This document shows positions 62,637 through 64,000 of a stretch of DNA of 64,000 bases, in pieces. The notes beneath the pieces are model-generated. The model was given only the letters and a program-made list of their open reading frames with translations, ran no database searches and was not told the origin of the DNA. A program made the translations under genes and the position numbers. Source of the DNA: Chiloscyllium plagiosum (Eukaryota); contig NC_057728.1 of NCBI RefSeq assembly GCF_004010195.1, forward strand, positions 52,786,616 to 52,850,615, written 5' to 3'. The first letter of the stretch is position 1. Each line of letters starts with the position of its first letter.

Positions 62637-62934
62637 CACCATCACTCCTCAGATACTAACGTGTTCACCTCCAAATGCAACAAGACCTCAGCCATATCCA
62701 GGTTTGGGCTGAGAAATAGCAAATAATATTCACAGTACAAGTATCAGTTAATGACTATCTCCAAAAGTAGAGAATCTAACTATTTCCCTTGACATTCAGT
62801 GGCATTATCATCACTAAATCCCCCACTATTAACATTCTGAGAATTATCATTGACAAGAAACTGAACTGGACTAGCCATCTAAATATGGTGGCAACAAGAA
62901 ATATTGAGTACCACACTGTTAGTAGTGCTGTTGC

Positions 62935-63340
62935 ATCAGTACCCATTACTTGATGTTAAAGATGATGTTACTCGAGAAAGAGAATGATAACCGTCCCTGG
63001 GGTTCTGACAAATATGTATTTCTTAACCAGCATCTCATGTAGAGCAGATTATCTTGACATCAAAAAAAGAAGAAAATGCTGGAAAAACTCAGCAGGTCTG
63101 GAAGCAACTGGGGAGAAAGAGAGATACAGTTGCCACTTCAGGTGAATGACCTTTCATCAGAACAGTCTGGTCACATAACTCATTGATGTTTGTAGGAGCT
63201 CGTGGTGTGTAAATTGGCTAATGCATTTCTTATATTACAATAGTAACCACACTTCAAAACCCACTTTAGTGGGTGGGAAGCACTTTGGGACATAGTGACA
63301 TCATGAAAGGTGCCTTACAAATGTAAGTTGCTTTTCTTTA
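62935..63340 (+). mobile_element. Deu-like SINE with a nested family B element (63068-63163, minus)
   Basis: AAATTGGCT..CATTTCTTATATTACAATAGTAACCACACTTCAAAA..GAAAGGTGCCTTACAAATGTAAG; nested minus GTT-CTGATGA-A-AGGT-CATTC-ACCT-GAAG. Confidence 0.65.
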
Positions 63341-64000
63341 TCACTTTTTTCAAGAAGGAAGCTCACACAATCTTTATAGGGTTATAAGGAGTGCACCTGT
63401 GTCTGAAACACAAACAGAAAAAATTCACCGAATGGAGCTATTTTTTGCAGAGGTCGAGAAATAAACTTAACACAAAGATTACATTCGAATGATGGTATAA
63501 AATCTAAATGATTACCTTGTGCTATTCACAGGATCCTTTAGAATAATGAATGAACTTGTTCTCATATAGGGAATGTAAAGTACTTAACTTTGCATAATTA
63601 TCACATCTCGTAGTCAGCCTTTAGGGCATGTATAGTGTCAAACGAGCAAAGAGTTTATCCTGATTTTGTTTTGTTCACTTTACCAGCCTGGGTTAGACTG
63701 GTTGCAAAAGAATCCACAAGCCCGCAGTTTGGAAAACACATTTAGTTTACAGTCAGCAATAAAATTCTCATCTGTTGATTAAAATGTTAACAACCAGAAA
63801 AGGTGATTTCTTTTAATTTCAATCCAGCTCATTGCCTCTGTGTGTTTTGATAAAACACCCACACTGTCTGGCCCTGACATATATCTGAGCAGTGATTCAT
63901 GCTGTCTCTCCATCGCGTTATCAGCTACCCAGACATTCCTGCTACTACTTGCCTTTTGACAAAAGCAATCAAATCGAAACTCTATAGCAACACTTGTGTC

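Noticed and set aside
1..64000. Prokaryotic-type systems (operons, CRISPR, phage defence) or foreign inserts
   Set aside because: No gene-dense or compositionally foreign segment seen; content is consistent with vertebrate repeats throughout

Overview
Repeat-dense vertebrate DNA, very probably from an elasmobranch (shark): it carries HE1/V-type SINEs with their CR1 (HER1-like) partner LINEs, Deu-domain-like SINEs and a second CR1/L2-group LINE with its own SINE. I found no convincing host protein-coding exon, RNA gene or CRISPR array, so it reads as intron or intergenic sequence. Every ORF with a recognisable product is a broken retroelement fragment: CR1-type endonuclease/RT, or gag/protease/RT/integrase of three decayed Gypsy proviruses (about 19.9-24.2 kb +, 25.9-32.4 kb -, 43.6-48.9 kb +), all split by younger insertions. 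Most unusual observations: (1) a 310-bp inverted repeat with 309/310 identity around a 340-bp spacer (36061-37020) amid otherwise heavily decayed repeats; (2) about a dozen short, often fold-back, Penelope-like elements whose centres carry decayed minimal hammerhead-ribozyme cores (CUGANGA-A-helix II-GAAACGUH); no single copy is fully intact but their consensus is; (3) a CR1 with about 555 bp of its own ORF2 copied into its 3' part; (4) a Harbinger-like MITE with 14-bp perfect TIRs. Family names come from recall of consensus motifs, not from a database search, and boundaries of old repeats are approximate (tens of bp).
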